Assembly (NCBI RefSeq): GCF_964204645.1
Contig: NC_134029.1
Location: 16,238,950 to 16,302,949, forward strand
Direction: 5' to 3'
From: Tubulanus polymorphus
Lineage: Eukaryota; Animalia; Nemertea
DNA length: 64,000 bases
A program made the translations under genes and the position numbers. This document shows, in pieces, positions 12,061 to 23,065 of this stretch. The notes beneath the pieces are model-generated. The model saw only the letters and a program-made list of their open reading frames with translations, did no database searches and was not told the DNA's origin. The stretch's first letter is position 1. The number at the start of each line of letters is the position of its first letter.

Positions 12061-13425
12061 AACCACTGGCTGTTTGGATGATGCCGAAAGTTCCCCCGAG
12101 ACAGAAGCCATGGGAAATTCGGAAGAATCCTTGGGTTGTCGCACAGTAGGTTGAGAAGTGGTAGGAACCATTTCTGAGCCGGCCAACATGGTGCTACCAG
12201 AACTATGTTGCAATTGACTGATCTCTCTATTTGATCCAGTCCGCGGCAGGACTGATCCGGACTTAAATCGGTTGGAGGTACGGGAATCAAGGTCTCCCAG
12301 TTGCCCTTCGACCGAGACCAGAAGACCTTCCAATATTGTTGCAAGCGCCTGCTTCTGAGGCGGCCTAAGGGCACCACCAGACCCATGGAGCTGATGGAGC
12401 CTAGAAGCCGTGACCAGTAACGAGCTGTTCTCGGGGTTGTGGACACTCCCGCTACAGCTTCTTGAAGTTTGGCTACTCGAGCCATAGACGGAAAGACTTT
12501 GCCGATTCGGAGATCGAAGTCCATGCCGAGATAAGTGAACTGTTGGGCCGGCGTCAACTGAGATTTTTCCCTGTTTACGCGGAACCCTAGCTGATGGACT
12601 AAGTCCAAGACTATTGCCTAAGTCCAAGGTCATTGCCTCCCGACATTCCTGAGCCGAATTCGCGACTATTAACCAGTCATCGAGGTAAACGAACAGTCGA
12701 ACACCCCTTGACTGAAGTACCTTCTGAACTGACTTGACCAACTTGGTGAAAACCCACGGGGCCGTACTGAGGCCAAATGGAAGAGACCTGAATTGGAACT
12801 GGCGGCCTTTCCACTTTATCCTGAGAAATCGCCGAGATTTTGGGTGAATTGGAACCTGAAAGTAAGCATCTTTCAGGTCCAACAAAGCCGCCCATTGACC
12901 CGGACGGAGCCCTTGAATCACGTCCTTGGGCTTGGTCATCCGGAACCTTGGAATGTCTAGGTGCCGATTGAGGGATGACAGATCTATCACCATCCGTTGA
13001 CCCCCTGTGGCCTTTGGTACCATGAATATTCGAGAAAACCAGCCGGGAGAAGTTTCGTTGCAAACTGATTCTATCGCTCCCTTCTCGGCCAATTCCTTCA
13101 GAGCCGGAGAGATTAAGGCCTCCTGACCTGGTTTTGGCCGCATGTCGGGAGATGACCTCATCAGGCGCGGTCGCCTTAGGAAACGGAGACGGTAGCCACG
13201 AGAGACGACACGGGAGGGCCAACCGTCTCCGAAAAGGTCGGACCAGTGGGTTGCTGCCTGCTGCAGACAACCTCCCACTGGTCCCAAGAATTCATTTCGA
13301 GTTTTTCCGAAAGGAAGAGCCCCTTTTTGGAGCCTTCCCCTTGCCTCGATACAAACCGGAACTGTTACGACTGGACGAGACTTGACACGATTGTTGAAGT
13401 TGCGCGCTAGTTCTCCAACCGGCAT
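11880..13425 (-). pseudogene. DIRS reverse transcriptase with largely deleted RNase H/methyltransferase region
   Basis: LDLKDAYFQVPI, LPFGLSTAP, YLDD; frameshift near 12610, then FTYLG; MT tail LVAPCWPAQKWF. Confidence 0.9.
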
Positions 13426-13647
13426 CCGAAGCCGCCTGAGAAAGCGCTGAAGTTTGAGATGGTCCTGTTTGCGACCGTGCCGAACCTTGCCCCGCCGGCG
13501 TCGGACCAGAACGCTTTTTCCACGGAGTTTTTAAACATTAAAAGTGTTAGTAAAGTGTGATTGAAATAATTCATATATATATACGCATGAATAACATATA
13601 AATGAATAACTTCTAAAATCAATGTAGTAAAAAAATATGTATAATAA

Positions 13648-14150
13648 ATGGAATCAGAACAACCACAAACTATCAATATTACAAATAACACTGGTGTCAT
13701 AAATATATACTATAAGAAATGTTCTAAGTGTGAATTAGATAAATTAGCTTTAACAGAATTCAGTAAGCGTAAGATTAGCAAAGATGGTTTTCAATATTGC
13801 TGTAAAACTTGTTTTAAACTATATACCAAACAATACCGAGAAGATAATATAGAACATTATAATTATTATATGGCAGAATATATGAGAGTAAGATATCAAA
13901 CAGATCTTAATTTTAGATTGAAACAATGCTTAAGATCTAGATTAACACAATTATTCAACAAAGAAACACATTCAGAAACACTAATTTATTAGGTTGTTCA
14001 GATGAATTTCTCAAATCATGGATTATATTTCAATTCGATGATAAAATGAATATAGATAATTACGGGGATTATTACCATATTGATCACGTGTTACCAATAT
14101 CTAAATTTAACATGAATGATGAATACAATAAAAAACTATATTTTGAATAG
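13648..14150 (+). pseudogene. Zn-ribbon/HNH-type endonuclease-like gene, frameshifted
   Basis: CSKC..EFSKRKISKDGFQYCCKTC, DLNFRLKQCLRSRL, then second frame LGCSDEFL..NYGDYYHIDHVLP. Confidence 0.65.
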
Positions 14151-14238
14151 ATCCGAATAGAAATTCTTTAGCTTTAACTAGCTAGTATCATTTGAAGAAT
14201 ACTTATAATATTTTTTCTGCTTTTTTTCTCTAATATAA

Positions 14239-14841
14239 ATGTCAAAGAAATCTAATAAGAATAGTATTAATATTGAAAAAACATTAGATGATTTGGGTAT
14301 AAGTGATAATAAAGATACAGTTGTAACTAATTGTGCTCAAGTTAATTGTAATATAGATTATGAATACTATTTATATTGTAAGCATCATCTTGAATTATTA
14401 ATTGCTGGCGGGAAATCTAAGGATTTCTTGGGAAAAATAATAACTTTTCAAGAATTAGATGCTATGAAACCAGATAAAGTAATAAAATATTTTAAGATTT
14501 ATGAAGAAGCAAGATTAGCCCGAATAAATGATTCTATTTCAGATGGTATTGTCAAATGTTACTCTAAGTTATGTAACCGGTTAATACCAATTGATGATGA
14601 CTTATATAGTGATTTTTATATGGTGACAATATATAGTGATTTGAAAAATGACTATTTAGTTATGACTGAATTACAAAAATGGGTTGGATATGCTTCATTC
14701 CAATTAGGATCGGTTATGACATTAATTTCTACTGGTGTCATAACATTTTCGAATATCAAACCTATGGAATATAAATCAGGTAAGAACGAAACAGATGTAC
14801 TACACCCAAACGGTGAAACAGAAAATGAATCAGAGCAATAA
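14239..14841 (+). CDS. Polinton hypothetical protein (200 aa, hydrophobic segment near C-terminus)
   Basis: Intact ORF with T-tract/TAAATG start context. Confidence 0.65.
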   Translation: MSKKSNKNSINIEKTLDDLGISDNKDTVVTNCAQVNCNIDYEYYLYCKHHLELLIAGGKSKDFLGKIITFQELDAMKPDKVIKYFKIYEEARLARINDSISDGIVKCYSKLCNRLIPIDDDLYSDFYMVTIYSDLKNDYLVMTELQKWVGYASFQLGSVMTLISTGVITFSNIKPMEYKSGKNETDVLHPNGETENESEQ

Positions 14842-14854
14842 TTAACTATAATAA

Positions 14855-15252
14855 ATGAGTGATAGCGTTAAGAAAAAGGCTAGATCCGAGAAACAAATTA
14901 AATGGGCAAGAGAATTAGGTAAAAGATCTTCAGAATTAAAAAAGCTAAGAAAAAGAAATTAACTGATATAAATGAATCACAGAAATTATCTGATATTGAT
15001 TCAAATAATAATCCATCTGATTCTTCTAATGCTGGAAGTAATAATTACTTATATATTACAATTGGATTAGTAACAGTTATTATATTATCTGGTGTAATAT
15101 ATAAATATAAGTATAAATCTGATGATAAAGATGATTCCAATGATGATTGGAAACTTAGTTATCCATGTACAGACAATAAACCTATCATACCAGAAAATAA
15201 GTCAAATCATAAAACCATTGAAACTAAATCTAAATTATTATTAATGGATTAA
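14855..15252 (+). pseudogene. Small Polinton membrane protein, frameshifted
   Basis: TAAATG start MSDSVKKKARSEKQIKWARELG; downstream frame has YITIGLVTVIILSGVIY. Confidence 0.55.
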
Positions 15253-15258
15253 AATAAG

Positions 15259-16341
15259 ATGGAAAAAGAACAATATTTAAGAGATTTATATTACAACCCA
15301 GAGAGTGAAGTATCATATTCTAACGTTTCAGAATTATGGAATAAAATTAAATCTGATAAGGAAAATGGTAATATAAAATATAGTGAATTAAAATCATGGT
15401 TACAAAATCAACCAACATATCAAATACACAAGAAAATGGATAAAACTTATTTAACAAGAAAAGTTATGGTTTCATATATCAATCAACAATGGCAATCAGA
15501 TTTAATTGACATGAAGAACTTAGAGGAATACGACAAAGGATATTTCTGGATATTAAATGTTATAGATATATTCAGTAGATACGCATGGTCAATTCCAATC
15601 AAAAATAAAACTGGAATAGAAGTGACAAATGCTTTTCAATCTATATTTAAAGAAGCTATTCCAGATAAGATACAATTTGATGAAAGTAAGGAATTTTATA
15701 ACAAACATTTAAAAAAACTATTATCTGATAACGATGTAGATTATTTTTCAACACACTCAGATAAAAAAGCATCTATTATAGAAATATTTAATAAAACATT
15801 GAAAACTAGAATGTGGAAATATTTTACTGCTAATGAAACATATAAATATATCGATGTATTAGATGATTTAGTGAAAGGTTATAATAATTCTAAACATTCA
15901 AGTATTGGTATGAAACCTATACAAGCTAGAAAAGAAGATAATTCAGAAATAGTTTGGAATAATTTATATGGCGCGTTTGTAACACATGATTTCGGTGAAC
16001 CTAAATTTAAAATAGGACAACCATAAGAATATCTAAATATAGAAAAACATTTTATAAAGGTTATATTCCAAATTTTACTGAAGAAATATTCAAGATTAAA
16101 AAGATAATATTAACTAAACCTTTTGTTTATAAATTAGATGATCTAAAAGATGAAGAAATATTAGGTTATTTCTATGAACAAGAATTATCACTTGTACCAA
16201 ATCCAGATGAAATAGAATACAAAATAGAAAAAGTATTGAAAACAAAAACTCTTAAAGGAAAAAAGTATTCTTTGGTGAAATATAAAGGATATGATGATAA
16301 ATTTAATGAATGGATTTTATCTAGTAAAATTAAAAGAATAA
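15259..16341 (+). pseudogene. Retroviral-type (rve, DDE) integrase with C-terminal chromodomain; 1-nt frameshift near 16020
   Basis: QWQSDLID, VIDIFSRYAW, QFDESKEF, IIEIFNKTLK, YNNSKHSSI; second frame RISKYR..FYKGY..NFTEEIF and YKIEKVLK..SLVKYKGYDDKFNEWI. Confidence 0.92.
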
Positions 16342-16953
16342 ATGAATAAAGGTTTATTTATATTTGAACCGCATAATATGTTAGTTACTGGAGTAACCAA
16401 TTGTGGTAAAACACATTTCATATTAGATTTGTTAGAAACTATTTATAAGAATCATTTTGATAATATAATATTATTCTGCCCTACTTATGAAATGAATAAA
16501 ACATATAATAGAGATATAGTTAAGATAAAAAAGTTTATTATATTAAATCCTAAAACAGTAAAAGAAAATTTAGATAATTGTATAAAAATAGCAATTGATA
16601 CTTATAAAGGATCAAATACATTATTCATTGTAGATGATTGCGCAAATTTACATGATTCAAAAGTTAGAGAAAGTGAGTTATGTTATTTAGCTTTCTCTGG
16701 GAGACATTTTGGGATAACAACATGGGTTTTAAATCGAAAATATAATTCAATTGTTAAAGACTTTAGGGAGAATATAAGATTTCTAGTTTTATTTTATAAC
16801 AAAGATAAAAAATCTATGCAACAATCATTGGAAGAAAATCAAATTATACCTACTGAATTACATGATGAATATATGAATAAATTAAAGAATAATAAAGGTT
16901 CAAAATTATTACTGAGATTACAATTTCCTTATGAATATAAATTTATAAAATAA
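16342..16953 (+). CDS. FtsK/HerA (A32-like) genome packaging ATPase
   Basis: Walker A GVTNCGKT, Walker B LFIVDD, GRH motif, REN motif. Confidence 0.9.
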   Translation: MNKGLFIFEPHNMLVTGVTNCGKTHFILDLLETIYKNHFDNIILFCPTYEMNKTYNRDIVKIKKFIILNPKTVKENLDNCIKIAIDTYKGSNTLFIVDDCANLHDSKVRESELCYLAFSGRHFGITTWVLNRKYNSIVKDFRENIRFLVLFYNKDKKSMQQSLEENQIIPTELHDEYMNKLKNNKGSKLLLRLQFPYEYKFIK

Positions 16954-16986
16954 AATCCTAATTTGGAATATTATAGAAACTAATTT

Positions 16987-17090
16987 ATATTTCTATATAC
17001 TAGACGTACGTAAGAATGCAAGAATTCTTACCTTTTTACTTTCTTGGCAAGAATCTTGGATTCTTACGTACGTCTAGTCCATAGAAATAT
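16987..17090. terminator. Long hairpin between convergent Polinton gene blocks (possible bidirectional 3'-end signal)
   Basis: Perfect 19-bp stem ACTAGACGTACGTAAGAAT (16999-17017) / 17060-17078 with extensions; function is inferred. Confidence 0.5.
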
Positions 17091-17140
17091 GAATTATTAA
17101 ATGAAATATATAATAATGAATAAATTATATATTAAAACTA

Positions 17141-17218
17141 TATAATTTATGTTTATAATTTATATTTATAATTTATGTTTATAATTTATGTTTATAATTT
17201 ATGTTTATAATTTATATT
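17141..17218. repeat. 13-bp minisatellite (TTTATAATTTATG)n, about 6 units
   Basis: Direct reading. Confidence 0.9.
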
Positions 17219-17315
17219 TCTTGGCAAGGATTCTTGGATTCTTACTTTCTTACTCATACGTCTAGTGCATAGATATATAAATATTTTTATAGATATATAG
17301 ATAGTTTTATAATAA

Positions 17316-18463
17316 TTATTCTAATTTTGTTTCTAATACATTTATAAAATCATCTTCGTTTATATCAAATTCTCCATAAGTCTTTGGCATATTTATTAAT
17401 TCTATTTCATCCTTCATTCTACGTTCATCATCACTTAATCCAGCTTTTATTCTTAATTTTTCAAAGTAATCATAAGAATTATCACCATCAAAATCAAATT
17501 CAAAATCATTTATTAAATCAAATAAATCTAGGTATCCATTATATATTTGGTCAGGATTATCTTCTGCATAAGCTAATAATTTATCGAATAACAACTTAAA
17601 GAATATATAATATTGTTTAGTTTCAGGATTAACATATTTGATATATTTCTTTGGTTCATCTAACAATGGTAACATACCCACATCTTTATAAACATTAATT
17701 AGATGTAATTTTGATTTATAATGAGTAATTTTATCAAAAGGTTCAATTTTTTAATTACACTAATCACATATTACTTATTTTTCATTTTCTATGTGCCCCT
17801 TAGATTTTTTATGTTTAGAAAAATTACTTTTAGAAATATCTAAATTACAAATGTTACAATGTTTTTTAGAATCATCAATTATTTCATTATCTGTTATATC
17901 ATTATCAATAGTTTCAATTGGGTTAACATTATTTATTACATTATCTGTTATATTATCTATGGTATCATTAGTTTCAATTGGGTTAACATAATCTTTTATA
18001 TTACTAACTGATATATTATTATCATTATTATTCTTTTCTTTTTCTATATGTTTCCTTGATTTCTTATGTGATGCCTAATTTTTATATGATATATATTTCT
18101 TACATACATCACAATATTTTGGATTATGATAATCTTTTTTTGATTCAATATCATATGTAGAGGGTATATTATAAGATGTAGATGCTGTTACATCTTTTAT
18201 TTTAGTTTCAATATTAGACTATCTTCTATTTTAGTTTCAATATTATCTTCTATTTTATATTCAATATCATTCTTATCTTCTATTTTAGTTTCAATATTAT
18301 TTTCTATTTTAGTTTCAATATTATCTTTTATTTTACTTATTCTATATTTGAATTGATTATAGTAATCTCCAAAATACTTAATGTATTCATCATAAGGTAA
18401 TATATAATATATATCTGATATCATTTCACTTGGAGTTTGTATTTCATATATTCCATCTTCCAT
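17316..18463 (-). pseudogene. Polinton multi-zinc-finger/low-complexity gene, fragmented
   Basis: ORF pieces 18197-18463 and 17316-17681; C2H2-like CDVC, CNIC..H..H motifs between them, with stops; IETKIE repeats. Confidence 0.55.
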
Positions 18464-18495
18464 TTATTATATAAATTTTTATTTAAGTTAAAATT

Positions 18496-19743
18496 TTAAT
18501 ACATAACACTATTTAATTGAGAATTTACAATATTTAATTGCGCGTCAGATATAATATAAATGTGCATTTTAAAATTTTTGATTCCTTTATTCTTTGTCAT
18601 GAATAATTGTATTCCATCTTTAGTGTTCTGTAGTTTTTTCCCAGAACCATGTAATGAATTATCCTCTGTTGTTCTAAAATCTAACCATAATGCGTATTTA
18701 TTACCGGTATAATAATCAATTTGATTAATATTACAATTTTCAGATGATTTCACTTTTTCATTCATAAAATGTTTTCTAATTTCTGGCCATTGATCAATCA
18801 TTCTCATTCCTTGACAAAATATTTTATTTGCTATTCCTTCGATAGTTATTTCTACTTTTGTTATTTCAGGATTATAATAATTATCAACATTTATTGCGCC
18901 ATTAGTATATGTTGCAATGGTAAAAAATATTAATATACCTTTAATAGATCTTCTTGGGAAGTTAATATTCTCATTCATTATTTCATCATTTGCATTAATA
19001 GTTACAGTTTTAAATTTATCAATATAATCATATAATAATGAAAATCCTTGATTGTATTTAGTTTGAATTATACTTGAAATATTTTCATCAGTTACTGTAT
19101 CATATTCTAAACATATATTCGATAATTTATAACTCATATCTTTATTAACGCTAGATATTACGATTTCATTAACAGGAGCAAATGTTATTTCGAATATAAC
19201 ATCTTCTTGAATTGCGTATTTATATAAAGGTGCATTATTATTTATCAATTCAAAGTCTAATGGAATTTTTTATTTGCTTCCATATATACTTTTTATCAAT
19301 TTATCTATAGCATTAGTTAATATTGCATTATGTGCTTCTGATCTTAATTTATTTTGCTTTTCTGATTGGATGCCTTGAAATATCATATTATTTCTATTTC
19401 CTTTAGTTAGCCATAAATCTTTATAATGCATAAATAAATTATAATCATCTAATGAGAAAACTGTTTCTGGACCAATCTTTATAGTTAATTTTTTAATCAA
19501 ATATCTTCCAACATAATCAACAACATAATTATTATTATTACCAGTTACTTTTATATCGGCTGATAAATAAATACTATTTGGAACATAAAAAGTATTTTGT
19601 GTTAATCGAGGAATTCTAACATATAAAGTTTCATCAGGATTAATATTAGAAGGGTTATGAGTAATTATATGATGTGATCTTTCTGCTTTAATAGCATTAG
19701 ATATTCTATGATTCTTAGAAGGATTGATATAACTCCCACTCAT
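18496..19743 (-). pseudogene. Major capsid protein (double jelly-roll, Polinton/PLV type) with one in-frame stop at 19270-19272
   Basis: Two in-frame ORFs totalling about 415 codons; HNPSNINPDETLYVRIP, YKDLW, NICLEYD, RSIKGIL, YALWLDFR, DAQLNI recalled from invertebrate Polinton MCPs. Confidence 0.8.
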
Positions 19744-19759
19744 TTATTTAACAAAAAAA

Positions 19760-20249
19760 TTAATTATTTATTTTTTATCATGTTTACTAACCCAAAAATA
19801 ATAGCACTTACAACTGTAATTGAAAATAAAATAATATGTTCAGCAGCAAAGTTAATAATGTTTCCTGCAGATTTCAATATAAAACCAACAATTGATGCAA
19901 TAACTCTATTAAACCTTCTATTTTAAACCTTCTACTAAATAATCCATACCTTTATTTGTTATATTGAAACCAGATTTTTTTTAAATTCATGAGTAATTTC
20001 ATTATATTTTAATTCTTTTTTTGTTATTTCTGGATCTTCATTTTCAATATCTATTCTCGATTTAGCTCCTCTAACATATTCATCTGTTGACGGGGCTTTA
20101 GAACCAGGAACAACTTCTGGTAAATTAGTATTATATTCTGTTTTATTATCATTACTAAAACTTGTTTCATCAAAATCAGGTGGTTGTTCATCACTTATAC
20201 CAGGTTCATCTAAAGGATCCATTGTAAAATCTTCTCCACCTTCTGCCAT
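19760..20249 (-). pseudogene. Polinton protein with acidic N-terminus (MAEGG..ETSF) and hydrophobic C-terminus; frameshifted, probably internally deleted
   Basis: ORF 19959-20249; downstream frame AGNIINFAAEHIILFSITVVSAIIFGL. Confidence 0.55.
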
Positions 20250-20265
20250 TTACATGATAAAAAAA

Positions 20266-21576
20266 TTAAAATTTACAATATAATATTCCTCCGATTACAA
20301 TTCCTATACAAGTTAAAGCTAATTTAGTATTTTCATGGCATTTATTATCATCATTTAGTTTAATTATTTCATGTTGAATATTATCAGTTCTAATATTTTC
20401 TGATGTATTATAATCCGGTTTAGAATCATTATTTAATTTAATATTATTAGTTTTAGTTTCTGTTGATTGAATGTTTTTTATTTTTTTCACCTTCCATTAA
20501 TTTTGGAGCAGTAATAATCTTTTTATTTATATCATTTAATCCAAATGAATTATTTATTGTTGCAGTTTTAATTAGATTATTATAACCAATTATGTTTCCC
20601 ATCTTTAATACTAAATCATTAGAAATAATTAATAGATTAGGGCCTATACAATAATTTAATCTAATATGTGATTTATCTAAATAATTTTGATATCTTACAA
20701 TGTTTTCTGGAATCGATCTATTTTTATCATTACGAATTGAATCTTCAAATAATACTTTGAATTGTTTCTGCGCATCGAATGAAGTGTTATCATTTCCAAC
20801 TATTGGTGATCTTGTGCACCTAAAATACATATCAAATAAGTTCTAATCGATTGATTTATTCTTTGTATTCCAGCTTTAGTAAAACCTTCACCATTTTCTA
20901 AAATGAAATTAACCCAACCATTATTATTTTGTTGTTGTATATTATTATAATATTTTGGTAATTCATTCCAATTTAGTGTTCTTATATCTGAATTTGTCAT
21001 TATTTTTCCAAATTCTTTAGTATAGAATATTCCTAATCCACCCATTGTTCCAATTTTTGCTCTAAAATCTTTATTTGAATTAATATTAAATTCATTACAT
21101 ATTTTATAAAACTTAGAAAAATTAATATTATTATTCAATTCTTTAAAATATTTTGAACCTGGTAAAGGACATTATAATTCATCTAATATTAATTTTATTT
21201 GAAAATATGTATGAAATCTAAAAAGTGATAACATCAATGGTAAACTTGGTTTGTTTAAATGATCATTCCAACTAATTCCACATCCTGTTGTTGCGCAATA
21301 AACAGCAAAATTTAATTGGTTCTGCCAATACTTCATATTAGATTTTAATAACCATTGTTTTGCCTCATTTAAATTTTTGAAATTAATTGTATACACATGA
21401 AATATATTTTCCATCTTTACATGAAAATTATTACATTCAGTAACATAAATATATAAATCAATAAATGAATTTAAAAATTCATTTCTATATGTAATATCTT
21501 TATTAAAATCTATTGCAGGAATATTATATTTGATTGATTTATTATATTGGAAAGCTTTTGGAAAACTATCTGCCAT
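20266..21576 (-). pseudogene. Polinton gene in four frameshifted fragments, C-terminal membrane anchor
   Basis: Abutting ORFs 21172-21576, 20800-21138, 20453-20830, 20266-20490; WQNQLNFAVYCATTGCGIS, GFTKAGIQRINQSIRTY; a single T-tract/TAAATG start. Confidence 0.65.
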
Positions 21577-21592
21577 TTATATAATTAAAAAA

Positions 21593-22018
21593 TTAATAAT
21601 TAACAAATTCTTTTAATAATTTATCCTGTTCTTCAACTGTTATATGACCATTTAAACTTATTATATAATCTAGTGTATTTTTTAATTTATTAATTTCTTT
21701 TATATTAGTTTTAATTTTTTCTTTATTACTTTTTATATTTAATTTTGAACTTATACCAGTTAAAACACTTGAACTTAATCCTAATACACCAATTGATATA
21801 GCTAAAGGTGTTAATGGTGAAAATATTGCTAGAAATGTTATTACAGAACTAATTGTAACCAAACCACTGATAATAAGATAATATATAATTTTACTTTTTA
21901 AATATTTTTTCTTTTTAACTTTTAAGTCACTTTCAAATTCTAATATTTGTTTTTCTAAATATATTTTTAATTTAGTTTTATTTATATCATGAGGAATAAT
22001 ATCAATATTATCATCCAT
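21593..22018 (-). CDS. Polinton small protein with two predicted TM segments and coiled coil
   Basis: Intact 141-aa ORF, hydrophobic core IIYYLIISGLVTISSVITFLAIF..LAISIGVLGL. Confidence 0.7.
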   Translation of the reverse strand: MDDNIDIIPHDINKTKLKIYLEKQILEFESDLKVKKKKYLKSKIIYYLIISGLVTISSVITFLAIFSPLTPLAISIGVLGLSSSVLTGISSKLNIKSNKEKIKTNIKEINKLKNTLDYIISLNGHITVEEQDKLLKEFVNY

Positions 22019-22038
22019 TTATTTAGCAAAAAAAATTA

Positions 22039-22461
22039 CTAATTAGTAAATCTATATGCTACAAATATAACAATAACTGTTCCACCTAAAATCCATATTA
22101 TTTCATATTTCTGTTGTTCATTACTTGGGGTATAATAATCTGATAATTTAGGTTTGTATAGATGTAATTTTTCTTTATTTGTTACCGCGTTATATAAACT
22201 CATTGCATCATCAACTGATTGAAAATCTCTATGTGAAATCTTCTGATCATATAATTCTTTATTGATGTAATCCATATAGTTTTGCCTCTTTTCTCTATAT
22301 TCTTCCGCTGCTTTATTGTATTTTTCTAATGCTAAGTGATGTCTTTTTTGTTCTGTTAATGATCCATTTTTATCAATATGTTTAAATAAATAACCACCAC
22401 CAGTAAATGCTAAAGCGTTAACAATTGCCGATCCTATAATAGTTATAACTGCAGAAGCCAT
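22039..22461 (-). CDS. Polinton small protein with amphipathic N-terminus and C-terminal TM (possible membrane-active virion protein)
   Basis: Intact 140-aa ORF MASAVITIIGSAIVNALAFTGGGYLF...IIWILGGTVIVIFVAY. Confidence 0.7.
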   Translation of the reverse strand: MASAVITIIGSAIVNALAFTGGGYLFKHIDKNGSLTEQKRHHLALEKYNKAAEEYREKRQNYMDYINKELYDQKISHRDFQSVDDAMSLYNAVTNKEKLHLYKPKLSDYYTPSNEQQKYEIIWILGGTVIVIFVAYRFTN

Positions 22462-22477
22462 TTATTTAGTAAAATAA

Positions 22478-22706
22478 TTACGCATTTATATAGGAGGAAT
22501 ACATTTTTGTTTTTCCAAATAATCAATAGTTAAATTAGATAAAGTAACTGCTAATGTTAATTTTAAAATATCATTTATATCAAATTTATCAACATTAACA
22601 CTTCCCATTTTGAATACTTTTTTAATACCATTGAATAACCAACAGTTCCAACTGATAGTAATGCTCCATTATATAATCCAGTTATTATCCACTTATTATC
22701 ACTCAT
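22478..22706 (-). pseudogene. Small hydrophobic Polinton gene (about 75 codons), 1-nt frameshift; absent from ORF track
   Basis: TAAATG start MSDNKWIITGLYNGALLS...; ends LTIDYLEKQKCIPPINA*. Confidence 0.6.
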
Positions 22707-23048
22707 TTATTTATCAAAAAAATTACTATCATCAAAATATTTAGTTAACTTATTTATGATTAATTCAACATTTATTTCATTACTACTTTTATGATTATCA
22801 TATATTTTGGTTAATATGTTTTTAATATCATCAATAATTCCATCTTCATTTAATTCATAATATTCTAAAGGTGATTTAATTAAATCAATTACTTTTTCTA
22901 TATTATAATTTTCTTTATTAATCATTGATGCATTGTTAAATGATTTACTTTTTATATCAGTAATTACATCATTTAGTTTAATTCTTATTTCTTTACCATG
23001 TTTAAAATCAAACCCAAAACATATACTCAGTCCAACAGTTATATTCAT
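22707..23048 (-). CDS. Polinton hypothetical protein (113 aa)
   Basis: Intact ORF with T-tract/TAAATG start. Confidence 0.6.
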   Translation of the reverse strand: MNITVGLSICFGFDFKHGKEIRIKLNDVITDIKSKSFNNASMINKENYNIEKVIDLIKSPLEYYELNEDGIIDDIKNILTKIYDNHKSSNEINVELIINKLTKYFDDSNFFDK

Positions 23049-23065
23049 TTATATAGTGAAAAAAA

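Noticed and set aside
11314-13385. Plus-strand ORFs 11314-11853 and 13134-13385, and minus ORF 12677-13270, as separate genes
   Set aside because: Antisense or alternate-frame shadows of GC-rich DIRS coding sequence with no motifs.
13407-13700. 97-aa ORF spanning the DIRS/Polinton junction as a fusion gene
   Set aside because: Chance read-through of antisense repeat sequence into a DIRS fragment.
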